Origin: Azolla caroliniana
Lineage: Eukaryota; Plantae; Polypodiophyta
Assembly: GCA_043228905.1 (NCBI GenBank)
Contig: JBHGNT010000050.1
Coordinates: 62,001 to 126,000 of the forward strand
DNA length: 64,000 bases
Direction: 5' to 3'
The notes beneath the pieces are model-generated. The model did not search any database, was not told where the DNA came from, and saw only the letters and a program-made list of their open reading frames with translations. A program made the position numbers and the translations under genes. Below, piece after piece: positions 31,101-45,100 of this stretch (position 1 is its first letter; each line of letters begins with the position of its first letter).

Positions 31101-33973
31101 TCGCATGTTTGAACACAGAAATCCGATATTACACGAGCCAGGTGTGACCATTTTAATTTACTCACTCGCTCTTCTCAACTCCCTCCTCCAACATGCTAAT
31201 TTCCTCATGTCTCTCGACGTGAGTTTCAAAATCTTGATTTTCTAATTCTATATCAAAGCTGGCGTAGTTAGCTTCGATTCGCATGTTTGAACACAAAAAT
31301 CCGATATCACACGAACCAGGTATGACCATTTTAATTTACTCACTGGCTCTTCTCTACTCCCTCCTCAAATATGCTAATTTCCTCATGTCTCTCGAACTAG
31401 GTTTCAAAATCTCAATTTTTTAATTCTATGTCATAGCTAACCTTGTTAGCTTCGATTCGCATGTTTGAACACAGAAATCCGATATCACACGAGCCAGGTG
31501 TGACCATTTTAATTTACTCACTGGCTCTTCTCAACTCCCTCCTTAAATATGTTAATTTCGTCATGTCTCTCGACCTAAGTTTCAAAATCTTGATTTTTTA
31601 ATTCTATATCATACCTAGCGTTGTTATCTTCGATTCGCATGTTTGAACACAAATATCCGATATCACACGTGCCAGGTATGAACATTTTAATTTACTGACG
31701 TACTCTTCTCCAATACCTCCTCAAATTTATTACTTTCCTCATGTCTCTCGGCCTCAGTTTTAAAATTATAATTTGTCAATTCAATATCATAGCTAGCATG
31801 GTTAACTTTGATTCGCATGTTTGAACACAAAAATCTGATATCACACGAGCCAGGTATGAACATTTTAATTTCCTGACGCACTCTTCTCCACTCCCTCCTC
31901 AAATATGTTAATTTCGTCATGTCTCTCGACTTGAGTTTCAAAATCTTGATTTTTTAATTCTATATCATAGCTAGCGTTGTTAGCTTCGATTCGCATGTTT
32001 GAACACAGAAATCCGATATCACACGTGCCAGGTATGAACATTTAAGTTTACTGACACACTCTTCTCCACTACCTCCAACATGCTAATTTCCTCATGTCTC
32101 TCAACGTGAGTTTCAAAATCTTGATTTTTTAATTCTATAGCAAAGCTAGCGTAGTTAGCTTCGATTCGCATGTTTGAACACAAAAATCCGATATCACACG
32201 AGCCAGGTATGACCATTTTAATTTACTCACTGGCTCTTCTCAACTCCCTCCTCAAATATGTTAATTTTTTCATGTCTCTCGAACTGAGTTTCAAAATCTC
32301 GATTTTTTAATTCTATATCATAGCTAGCCTTGTTAGCTTCGATTCGCATGTTTGAACACAGAAATCCGATATCACACGAGCCAGGTATGACCATTTTAAT
32401 TTACTCACACGCTCTTCTCAACGCCCTCCTCAAATATGCTAATTTCGTCATGTCTCTCGACCTGAGTTTCAAAATCTCGATTTTTTAATTCTATATCATA
32501 GCTAGCTTTTTTAGCTTCGATTCGCATGTTTGAACACAAAAATCCGATATCACACGAGCCAGGTATGACTATTTTAATTTACTCACTGGCTCTTCTCCAC
32601 TCCCTCCTGAAATATGCGAATTTCCTCATGTCTCTGGACCTGAGTTTCAAAATCTCGATTTTTTAATTCTATGTCATAGCTAGCCTTGTTAGCTTCGATT
32701 CGCATGTTTGAACACAGAAATCCGATATAACACGAGCCACGTATGACCATTTTAATTTACTGACGCACTCTTCTCCACTACCTCCTCAAATTTGCTAATT
32801 TCGTCATGTCTCTCGGGCTCAGTTTTAAAATTTTCAATTTTCAATTCAATATCATAGCTAGCGTTGTTAACTTCGATTCGCATGTTTGAACACAGAAATC
32901 CGATATCACACAAGCCAGGTATGACCATTTTAATTTACTCACTGGCTCTTCTCAACTCCCTCCTCAAATATGTTAATTTTTTCATGTCTCTCGAACTGAG
33001 TTTCAAAATCTCGATTTTTTAATTCTATATCATAGCTAGCCTTGTTAGCTTCGATTCGCATGTTTGAACACAGAAATCCGATATTACACGAGCCAGGTGT
33101 GACCATTTTAATTTACTCACTCGCTCTTCTCAACTCCCTCCTCCAACATGCTAATTTCCTCATGTCTCTCGACGTGAGTTTCAAAATCTTGATTTTTTAA
33201 TTCTATATCAAAGCTGGCGTAGTTAGCTTCGATTCGCATGTTTGAACACAAAAATCCGATATCACACGAACCAGGTATGACCATTTTAATTTACTCACTG
33301 GCTCTTCTCTACTCCCTCCTCAAATATGCTAATTTCCTCATGTCTCTCGAACTGAGTTTCAAAATCTCGATTTTTTAATTCTATGTCATAGCTAACCTTG
33401 TTAGCTTCGATTCGCATGTTTGAACACAGAAATCCGATATCACACGAGCCAGGTGTGACCATTTTAATTTACTCACTGGCTCTTCTCAACTCCCTCCTTA
33501 AATATGTTAATTTCGTCATGTCTCTCGACCTAAGTTTCAAAATCTTGATTTTTTAATTCTATATCATACCTAGCGTTGTTATCTTCGATTCGCATGTTTG
33601 AACACAAATATCCGATATCACACGTGCCAGGTATGAACATTTTAATTTACTGACGTACTCTTCTCCACTACCTCCTCAAATTTGTTACTTTCCTCATGTC
33701 TCTCGGCCTCAGTTTTAAAATTATAATTTGTCAATTCAATATCATAGCTAGCATGGTTAACTTTGATTCGCATGTTTGAACACAAAAATCTGATATCACA
33801 CGAGCCAGGTATGAACATTTTAATTTACTGACGCACTCTTCTCAACTCCCTCCTCAAATATGTTAATTTCATCATGTCTCTCGACTTGAGTTTCAAAATC
33901 TTGATTTTTTAATTCTATATCATAGCTAGCGTTGTTAGCTTCGATTCGCATGTTTGAACACAGAAATCCGATA
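28109..33973. repeat. 11-mer higher-order repeat, 1955 bp x3
   Basis: The 175-bp marker monomer lies at 28109, 30064, 32019 and 33974 (spacing 1955 = 10x178 + 175). Monomer order is the same, and diagnostic variant GATATAACAC occurs once per copy. Confidence 0.93.
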
Positions 33974-36900
33974 TCACACGTGCCAGGTATGAACATTTAA
34001 GTTTACTGACACACTCTTCTCCACTACCTCCAACATGCTAATTTCCTCATGTCTCTCAACGTGAGTTTCAAAATCTTGATTTTTTAATTCTATAGCAAAG
34101 CTAGCGTAGTTAGCTTCGATTCGCATGTTTGAACACAAAAATCCGATATCACACGAGCCAGGTATGACCATTTTAATTTACTCACTGGCTCTTCTCTACT
34201 CCCTCCTCAAATATGCTAATTTCCTCATGTCTCTCGAACTGAGTTTCAAAATCTCGATTTTTTAATTCTATGTCATAGCTAGCCTTGTTAGCTTCGATTC
34301 GCATGTTTGAACACAGAAATCCGATATCACACGAGCCAGGTATGACCATTTTAATTTACTCACTGGCTCTTCTCAACTCCTTCCTTAAATATGTTAATTT
34401 CGTCATGTCTCTCGACCTGAGTTTCAAAATCTCGATTTTTTAATTCTATATCATACCTAGCGTTGTTATCTTCGATTCGCATGTTTGAACACAGATATCC
34501 GATATCACACGTGCCAGGTATGAACATTTTAATTTACTGACGTACTCTTCTCCAATACCTCCTCAAATTTGTTACTTTCCTCATGTCTCTCGGCCTCAGT
34601 TTTAAAATTATAATTTGTCAATTCAATATCATAGCTAGCATGGTTAACTTTGATTCGCATGTTTGAACACAAAAATCCGATATCACACGAGCCAGATATG
34701 ACCATTTTAATTTACTCACACGCTCTTCTCAACGCCCTCCTCAAATATGCTAATTTCGTCATGTCTCTCGACCTGAGTTTCAAAATCTCGATTTTTTAAT
34801 TCTATATCATAGCTAGCTTTTTTAGCTTCGATTCGCATGTTTGAACACAAAAATCCGATATCACACGAGCCAGGTATGACTATTTTAATTTACTCACTGG
34901 CTCTTCTCCACTCCCTCCTGAAATATGCGAATTTCCTCATGTCTCTGGACCTGAGTTTCAAAATCTCGATTTTTTAATTCTATGTCATAGCTAGCCTTGT
35001 TAGCTTCGATTCGCATATTTGAACACAGAAATCCGATATCACACGAGCCACGTATGACCATTTTAATTTACTGACGCACTCTTCTCCACTACCTCCTCAA
35101 ATTTGCTAATTTCGTCATGTCTCTCGGGCTCAGTTTTAAAATTTTCAATTTTCAATTCAATATCATAGCTAGCGTTGTTAACTTCGATTCGCATGTTTGA
35201 ACACAGAAATCCGATATCACACAAGCCAGGTATGACCATTTTAATTTACTCACTGGCTCTTCTCAACTCCCTCCTCAAATATGTTAATTTTTTCATGTCT
35301 CTCGAACTGAGTTTCAAAATCTCGATTTTTTAATTCTATATCATAGCTAGCCTTGTTAGCTTCGATTCGCATGTTTGAACACAGAAATCCGATATTACAC
35401 GAGCCAGGTGTGACCATTTTAATTTACTCACTCGCTCTTCTCAACTCCCTCCTCCAACATGCTAATTTCCTCATGTCTCTCGACGTGAGTTTCAAAATCT
35501 TGATTTTTTAATTCTATATCAAAGCTGGCGTAGTTAGCTTCGATTCGCATGTTTGAACACAAAAATCCGATATCACACGAACCAGGTATGACCATTTTAA
35601 TTTACTCACTGGCTCTTCTCTACTCCCTCCTCAAATATGCTAATTTCCTCATGTCTCTCGAACTGAGTTTCAAAATCTCGATTTTTTAATTCTATGTCAT
35701 AGCTAACCTTGTTAGCTTCGATTCGCATGTTTGAACACAGAAATCCGATATCACACGAGCCAGGTGTGACCATTTTAATTTACTCACTGGCTCTTCTCAA
35801 CTCCCTCCTTAAATATGTTAATTTCGTCATGTCTCTCGACCTAAGTTTCAAAATCTTGATTTTTTAATTCTATATCATACCTAGCGTTGTTATCTTCGAT
35901 TCGCATGTTTGAACACAAATATCCGATATCACACGTGCCAGGTATGAACATTTTAATTTACTGACGTACTCTTCTCCACTACCTCCTCAAATTTGTTACT
36001 TTCCTCATGTCTCTCGGCCTCAGTTTTAAAATTATAATTTGTCAATTCAATATCATAGCTAGCATGGTTAACTTTGATTCGCATGTTTGAACACAAAAAT
36101 CTGATATCACACGAGCCAGGTATGAACATTTTAATTTACTGACGCACTCTTCTCAACTCCCTCCTCAAATATGTTAATTTCATCATGTCTCTCGACTTGA
36201 GTTTCAAAATCTTGATTTTTTAATTCTATATCATAGCTAGCGTTGTTAGCTTCGATTCGCATGTTTGAACACAGAAATCCGATATCACACGTGCCAGGTA
36301 TGAACATTTAAGTTTACTGACACACTCTTCTCCACTACCTCCAACATGCTAATTTCCTCATGTCTCTCAACGTGAGTTTCAAAATCTTGATTTTTTAATT
36401 CTATAGCAAAGCTAGCGTAGTTAGCTTCGATTCGCATGTTTGAACACAAAAATCCGATATCACACGAGCCAGGTATGACCATTTTAATTTACTCACTGGC
36501 TCTTCTCTACTCCCTCCTCAAATATGCTAATTTCCTCATGTCTCTCGAACTGAGTTTCAAAATCTCGATTTTTTAATTCTATGTCATAGCTAGCCTTGTT
36601 AGCTTCGATTCGCATGTTTGAACACAGAAATCCGATATCACACGAGCCAGGTATGACCATTTTAATTTACTCACTGGCTCTTCTCAACTCCTTCCTTAAA
36701 TATGTTAATTTCGTCATGTCTCTCGACCTGAGTTTCAAAATCTCGATTTTTTAATTCTATATCATACCTAGCGTTGTTATCTTCGATTCGCATGTTTGAA
36801 CACAGATATCCGATATCACACGTGCCAGGTATGAACATTTTAATTTACTGACGTACTCTTCTCCAATACCTCCTCAAATTTGTTACTTTCCTCATGTCTC

Positions 36901-39900
36901 TCGGCCTCAGTTTTAAAATTATAATTTGTCAATTCAATATCATAGCTAGCATGGTTAACTTTGATTCGCATGTTTGAACACAAAAATCCGATATCACACG
37001 AGCCAGATATGACCATTTTAATTTACTCACACGCTCTTCTCAACGCCCTCCTCAAATATGCTAATTTCGTCATGTCTCTCGACCTGAGTTTCAAAATCTC
37101 GATTTTTTAATTCTATATCATAGCTAGCTTTTTTAGCTTCGATTCGCATGTTTGAACACAAAAATCCGATATCACACGAGCCAGGTATGACTATTTTAAT
37201 TTACTCACTGGCTCTTCTCCACTCCCTCCTGAAATATGCGAATTTCCTCATGTCTCTGGACCTGAGTTTCAAAATCTCGATTTTTTAATTCTATGTCATA
37301 GCTAGCCTTGTTAGCTTCGATTCGCATGTTTGAACACAGAAATCCGATATCACACGAGCCACGTATGACCATTTTAATTTACTGACGCACTCTTCTCCAC
37401 TACCTCCTCAAATTTGCTAATTTCGTCATGTCTCTCGGGCTCAGTTTTAAAATTTTCAATTTTCAATTCAATATCATAGCTAGCGTTGTTAACTTCGATT
37501 CGCATGTTTGAACACAGAAATCCGATATCACACAAGCCAGGTATGACCATTTTAATTTACTCACTGGCTCTTCTCAACTCCCTCCTCAAATATGTTAATT
37601 TTTTCATGTCTCTCGAACTGAGTTTCAAAATCTCGATTTTTTAATTCTATATCATAGCTAGCCTTGTTAGCTTCGATTCGCATGTTTGAACACAGAAATC
37701 CGATATTACACGAGCCAGGTGTGACCATTTTAATTTACTCACTCGCTCTTCTCAACTCCCTCCTCCAACATGCTAATTTCCTCATGTCTCTCGACGTGAG
37801 TTTCAAAATCTTGATTTTTTAATTCTATATCAAAGCTGGCGTAGTTAGCTTCGATTCGCATGTTTGAACACAAAAATCCGATATCACACGAACCAGGTAT
37901 GACCATTTTAATTTACTCACTGGCTCTTCTCTACTCCCTCCTCAAATATGCTAATTTCCTCATGTCTCTCGAACTGAGTTTCAAAATCTCGATTTTTTAA
38001 TTCTATGTCATAGCTAACCTTGTTAGCTTCGATTCGCATGTTTGAACACAGAAATCCGATATCACACGAGCCAGGTGTGACCATTTTAATTTACTCACTG
38101 GCTCTTCTCAACTCCCTCCTTAAATATGTTAATTTCGTCATGTCTCTCGACCTAAGTTTCAAAATCTTGATTTTTTAATTCTATATCATACCTAGCGTTG
38201 TTATCTTCGATTCGCATGTTTGAACACAAATATCCGATATCACACGTGCCAGGTATGAACATTTTAATTTACTGACGTACTCTTCTCCACTACCTCCTCA
38301 AATTTGTTACTTTCCTCATGTCTCTCGGCCTCAGTTTTAAAATTATAATTTGTCAATTCAATATCATAGCTAGCATGGTTAACTTTGATTCGCATGTTTG
38401 AACACAAAAATCTGATATCACACGAGCCAGGTATGAACATTTTAATTTACTGACGCACTCTTCTCAACTCCCTCCTCAAATATGTTAATTTCATCATGTC
38501 TCTCGACTTGAGTTTCAAAATCTTGATTTTTTAATTCTATATCATAGCTAGCGTTGTTAGCTTCGATTCGCATGTTTGAACACAGAAATCCGATATCACA
38601 CGTGCCAGGTATGAACATTTAAGTTTACTGACACACTCTTCTCCACTACCTCCAACATGCTAATTTCCTCATGTCTCTCAACGTGAGTTTCAAAATCTTG
38701 ATTTTTTAATTCTATAGCAAAGCTAGCGTAGTTAGCTTCGATTCGCATGTTTGAACACAAAAATCCGATATCACACGAGCCAGGTATGACCATTTTAATT
38801 TACTCACTGGCTCTTCTCTACTCCCTCCTCAAATATGCTAATTTCCTCATGTCTCTCGAACTGAGTTTCAAAATCTCGATTTTTTAATTCTATGTCATAG
38901 CTAGCCTTGTTAGCTTCGATTCGCATGTTTGAACACAGAAATCCGATATCACACGAGCCAGGTATGACCATTTTAATTTACTCACTGGCTCTTCTCAACT
39001 CCTTCCTTAAATATGTTAATTTCGTCATGTCTCTCGACCTGAGTTTCAAAATCTCGATTTTTTAATTCTATATCATACCTAGCGTTGTTATCTTCGATTC
39101 GCATGTTTGAACACAGATATCCGATATCACACGTGCCAGGTATGAACATTTTAATTTACTGACGTACTCTTCTCCAATACCTCCTCAAATTTGTTACTTT
39201 CCTCATGTCTCTCGGCCTCAGTTTTAAAATTATAATTTGTCAATTCAATATCATAGCTAGCATGGTTAACTTTGATTCGCATGTTTGAACACAAAAATCC
39301 GATATCACACGAGCCAGATATGACCATTTTAATTTACTCACACGCTCTTCTCAACGCCCTCCTCAAATATGCTAATTTCGTCATGTCTCTCGACCTGAGT
39401 TTCAAAATCTCGATTTTTTAATTCTATATCATAGCTAGCTTTTTTAGCTTCGATTCGCATGTTTGAACACAAAAATCCGATATCACACGAGCCAGGTATG
39501 ACTATTTTAATTTACTCACTGGCTCTTCTCCACTCCCTCCTGAAATATGCGAATTTCCTCATGTCTCTGGACCTGAGTTTCAAAATCTCGATTTTTTAAT
39601 TCTATGTCATAGCTAGCCTTGTTAGCTTCGATTCGCATGTTTGAACACAGAAATCCGATATCACACGAGCCACGTATGACCATTTTAATTTACTGACGCA
39701 CTCTTCTCCACTACCTCCTCAAATTTGCTAATTTCGTCATGTCTCTCGGGCTCAGTTTTAAAATTTTCAATTTTCAATTCAATATCATAGCTAGCGTTGT
39801 TAACTTCGATTCGCATGTTTGAACACAGAAATCCGATATCACACAAGCCAGGTATGACCATTTTAATTTACTCACTGGCTCTTCTCAACTCCCTCCTCAA

Positions 39901-40906
39901 ATATGTTAATTTTTTCATGTCTCTCGAACTGAGTTTCAAAATCTCGATTTTTTAATTCTATATCATAGCTAGCCTTGTTAGCTTCGATTCGCATGTTTGA
40001 ACACAGAAATCCGATATTACACGAGCCAGGTGTGACCATTTTAATTTACTCACTCGCTCTTCTCAACTCCCTCCTCCAACATGCTAATTTCCTCATGTCT
40101 CTCGACGTGAGTTTCAAAATCTTGATTTTTTAATTCTATATCAAAGCTGGCGTAGTTAGCTTCGATTCGCATGTTTGAACACAAAAATCCGATATCACAC
40201 GAACCAGGTATGACCATTTTAATTTACTCACTGGCTCTTCTCTACTCCCTCCTCAAATATGCTAATTTCCTCATGTCTCTCGAACTGAGTTTCAAAATCT
40301 CGATTTTTTAATTCTATGTCATAGCTAACCTTGTTAGCTTCGATTCGCATGTTTGAACACAGAAATCCGATATCACACGAGCCAGGTGTGACCATTTTAA
40401 TTTACTCACTGGCTCTTCTCAACTCCCTCCTTAAATATGTTAATTTCGTCATGTCTCTCGACCTAAGTTTCAAAATCTTGATTTTTTAATTCTATATCAT
40501 ACCTAGCGTTGTTATCTTCGATTCGCATGTTTGAACACAAATATCCGATATCACACGTGCCAGGTATGAACATTTTAATTTACTGACGTACTCTTCTCCA
40601 CTACCTCCTCAAATTTGTTACTTTCCTCATGTCTCTCGGCCTCAGTTTTAAAATTATAATTTGTCAATTCAATATCATAGCTAGCATGGTTAACTTTGAT
40701 TCGCATGTTTGAACACAAAAATCTGATATCACACGAGCCAGGTATGAACATTTTAATTTACTGACGCACTCTTCTCAACTCCCTCCTCAAATATGTTAAT
40801 TTCATCATGTCTCTCGACTTGAGTTTCAAAATCTTGATTTTTTAATTCTATATCATAGCTAGCGTTGTTAGCTTCGATTCGCATGTTTGAACACAGAAAT
40901 CCGATA
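33974..40906. repeat. 13-mer higher-order repeat, 2311 bp x3
   Basis: Marker monomer at 33974, 36285, 38596 and 40907 (spacing 2311 = 12x178 + 175). Copies are near-identical and share variant GAACACAGATATCC. Confidence 0.93.
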
Positions 40907-42149
40907 TCACACGTGCCAGGTATGAACATTTAAGTTTACTGACACACTCTTCTCCACTACCTCCAACATGCTAATTTCCTCACGTCTCTCAACGTGAGTT
41001 TCAAAATCTTGATTTTTTAATTCTATAGCAAAGCTAGCGTAGTTAGCTTCGATTCGCATGTTTGAACACAAAAATCCGATATCACACGAGCCAGGTATGA
41101 CCATTTTAATTTACTCACTGGCTCTTCTCTACTCCCTCCTCAAATATGCTAATTTCCTCATGTCTCTCGAACTGAGTTTCAAAATCTCGATTTTTTAATT
41201 CTATGTCATAGCTAGCCTTGTTAGCTTCGATTCGCATTTTTGAACACAGAAATCCGATATCACACGAGCCAGGTATGACCATTTTAATTTACTCACTGGC
41301 TCTTCTCAACTCCTTCCTTAAATATGTTAATTTCGTCATGTCTCTCGACCTGAGTTTCAAAATCTCGATTTTTTAATTCTATATCATAGCTAGCTTTGTT
41401 AGCTTCGGTTCGCATGTTTGAACACAAAAATCCGATATCACACGAGCCAGGTATGATTATTTTAATTTACTCACTGGCTCTTCTCCACTCCCTCCTCAAA
41501 TATGCGAATTTCCTCATGTCTCTTGACCTGAGTTTCAAAATCTCGATTTTTTAATTCTATGTCATAGCTAGCCTTGTTAGCTTCGATTCGCATGTTTGAA
41601 CACAGAAATCCGATATCACACGAGCCAGGTATGACCATTTTAATTTACTCACTGGCTCTTCTCAACTCCTTCCTTAAATATGTTAATTTCGTCATGTCTC
41701 TCGACCTGAGTTTCAAAATCTCGATTTTTTAATTCTATATCATACCTAGCGTTGTTATCTTCGATTCGCATGTTTGAACACAAATATCCGATATCACACG
41801 TGCCAGGTATGAACATTTTAATTTACTGACGTACTCTTCTCCAATACCTCCTCAAATTTATTACTTTCCTCATGTCTCTCGGCCTCAGTTTTAAAATTAT
41901 AATTTGTCAATTCAATATCATAGCTAGCATGGTTAACTTTGATTCGCATGTTTGAACACAAAAATCTGATATCACACGAGCCAGGTATGAACATTTTAAT
42001 TTCCTGACGCACTCTTCTCCACTCCCTCCTCAAATGTGTTAATTTCGTCATGTCTCTCGACCTGAGTTTCAAAATCTCGATTTTTTAATTCTATATCATA
42101 GCTAGCGTTGTTATCTTCGATTCGCATGTTTGAACACAGAAATCCGATA

Positions 42150-45100
42150 TCACACGTGCCAGGTATGAACATTTAAGTTTACTGACACACTCTTCTCCAC
42201 TACCTCCAACATGCTAATTTCCTCATGTCTCTCAACGTGAGTTTCAAAATCTTGATTTTTTAATTCTATAGCAAAGCTAGCGTAGTTAGCTTCGATTCGC
42301 ATGTTTGAACACAAAAATCCGATATCACACGAGCCAGGTATGACCATTTTAATTTACTCACTGGCTCTTCTCAACTCCCTCCTCAAATATGTTAATTTTT
42401 TCATGTCTCTCGAACTGAGTTTCAAAATCTCGATTTTTTAATTCTATATCATAGCTAGCCTTGTTAGCTTCGATTCGCATGTTTGAACACAGAAATCCGA
42501 TATCACACGAGCCAGGTATGACCATTTTAATTTACTCACACGCTCTTCTCAACGCCCTCCTCAAATATGCTAATTTCGTCATGTCTCTCGACCTGAGTTT
42601 CAAAATCTCGATTTTTTAATTCTATATCATAGCTAGCTTTTTTAGCTTCGATTCGCATGTTTGAACACAAAAATCCGATATCACACGAGCCAGGTATGAC
42701 TATTTTAATTTACTCACTGGCTCTTCTCCACTCCCTCCTGAAATATGCGAATTTCCTCATGTCTCTGGACCTGAGTTTCAAAATCTCGATTTTTTAATTC
42801 TATGTCATAGCTAGCCTTGTTAGCTTCGATTCGCATGTTTGAACACAGAAATCCGATATAACACGAGCCACGTATGACCATTTTAATTTACTGACGCACT
42901 CTTCTCCACTACCTCCTCAAATTTGCTAATTTCGTCATGTCTCTCGGGCTCAGTTTTAAAATTTTCAATTTTCAATTCAATATCATAGCTAGCGTTGTTA
43001 ACTTCGATTCGCATGTTTGAACACAGAAATCCGATATCACACAAGCCAGGTATGACCATTTTAATTTACTCACTGGCTCTTCTCAACTCCCTCCTCAAAT
43101 ATGTTAATTTTTTCATGTCTCTCGAACTGAGTTTCAAAATCTCGATTTTTTAATTCTATATCATAGCTAGCCTTGTTAGCTTCGATTCGCATGTTTGAAC
43201 ACAGAAATCCGATATTACACGAGCCAGGTGTGACCATTTTAATTTACTCACTCGCTCTTCTCAACTCCCTCCTCCAACATGCTAATTTCCTCATGTCTCT
43301 CGACGTGAGTTTCAAAATCTTGATTTTTTAATTCTATATCAAAGCTGGCGTAGTTAGCTTCGATTCGCATGTTTGAACACAAAAATCCGATATCACACGA
43401 ACCAGGTATGACCATTTTAATTTACTCACTGGCTCTTCTCTACTCCCTCCTCAAATATGCTAATTTCCTCATGTCTCTCGAACTGAGTTTCAAAATCTCG
43501 ATTTTTTAATTCTATGTCATAGCTAACCTTGTTAGCTTCGATTCGCATGTTTGAACACAGAAATCCGATATCACACGAGCCAGGTGTGACCATTTTAATT
43601 TACTCACTGGCTCTTCTCAACTCCCTCCTTAAATATGTTAATTTCGTCATGTCTCTCGACCTAAGTTTCAAAATCTTGATTTTTTAATTTTATATCATAC
43701 CTAGCGTTGTTATCTTCGATTCGCATGTTTGAACACAAATATCCGATATCACACGTGCCAGGTATGAACATTTTAATTTACTGACGTACTCTTCTCCACT
43801 ACCTCCTCAAATTTGTTACTTTCCTCATGTCTCTCGGCCTCAGTTTTAAAATTATAATTTGTCAATTCAATATCATAGCTAGCATGGTTAACTTTGATTC
43901 GCATGTTTGAACACAAAAATCTGATATCACATGAGCCAGGTATGAACATTTTAATTTACTGACGCACTCTTCTCAACTCCCTCCTCAAATATGTTAATTT
44001 CATCATGTCTCTCGACTTGAGTTTCAAAATCTTGATTTTTTAATTCTATATCATAGCTAGCGTTGTTAGCTTCGATTCGCATGTTTGAACACAGAAATCC
44101 GATATCACACGTGCCAGGTATGAACATTTAAGTTTACTGACACACTCTTCTCCACTACCTCCAACATGCTAATTTCCTCATGTCTCTCAACGTGAGTTTC
44201 AAAATCTTGATTTTTTAATTCTATAGCAAAGCTAGCGTAGTTAGCTTCGATTCGCATGTTTGAACACAAAAATCCGATATCACACGAGCCAGGTATGACC
44301 ATTTTAATTTACTCACTGGCTCTTCTCTACTCCCTCCTCAAATATGCTAATTTCCTCATGTCTCTCGAACTGAGTTTCAAAATCTCGATTTTTTAATTCT
44401 ATGTCATAGCTAGCCTTGTTAGCTTCGATTCGCATGTTTGAACACAGAAATCCGATATCACACGAGCCAGGTATGACCATTTTAATTTACTCACTGGCTC
44501 TTCTCAACTCCTTCCTTAAATATGTTAATTTCGTCATGTCTCTCGACCTGAGTTTCAAAATCTCGATTTTTTAATTCTATATCATACCTAGCGTTGTTAT
44601 CTTCGATTCGCATGTTTGAACACAAATATCCGATATCACACGTGCCAGGTATGAACATTTTAATTTACTGACGTACTCTTCTCCAATACCTCCTCAAATT
44701 TGTTACTTTCCTCATGTCTCTCGGCCTCAGTTTTAAAATTATAATTTGTCAATTCAATATCATAGCTAGCATGGTTAACTTTGATTCGCATGTTTGAACA
44801 CAAAAATCCGATATCACACGAGCCAGATATGACCATTTTAATTTACTCACACGCTCTTCTCAACGCCCTCCTCAAATATGCTAATTTCGTCATGTCTCTC
44901 GACCTGAGTTTCAAAATCTCGATTTTTTAATTCTATATCATAGCTAGCTTTTTTAGCTTCGATTCGCATGTTTGAACACAAAAATCCGATATCACACGAG
45001 CCAGGTATGACTATTTTAATTTACTCACTGGCTCTTCTCCACTCCCTCCTGAAATATGCGAATTTCCTCATGTCTCTGGACCTGAGTTTCAAAATCTCGA

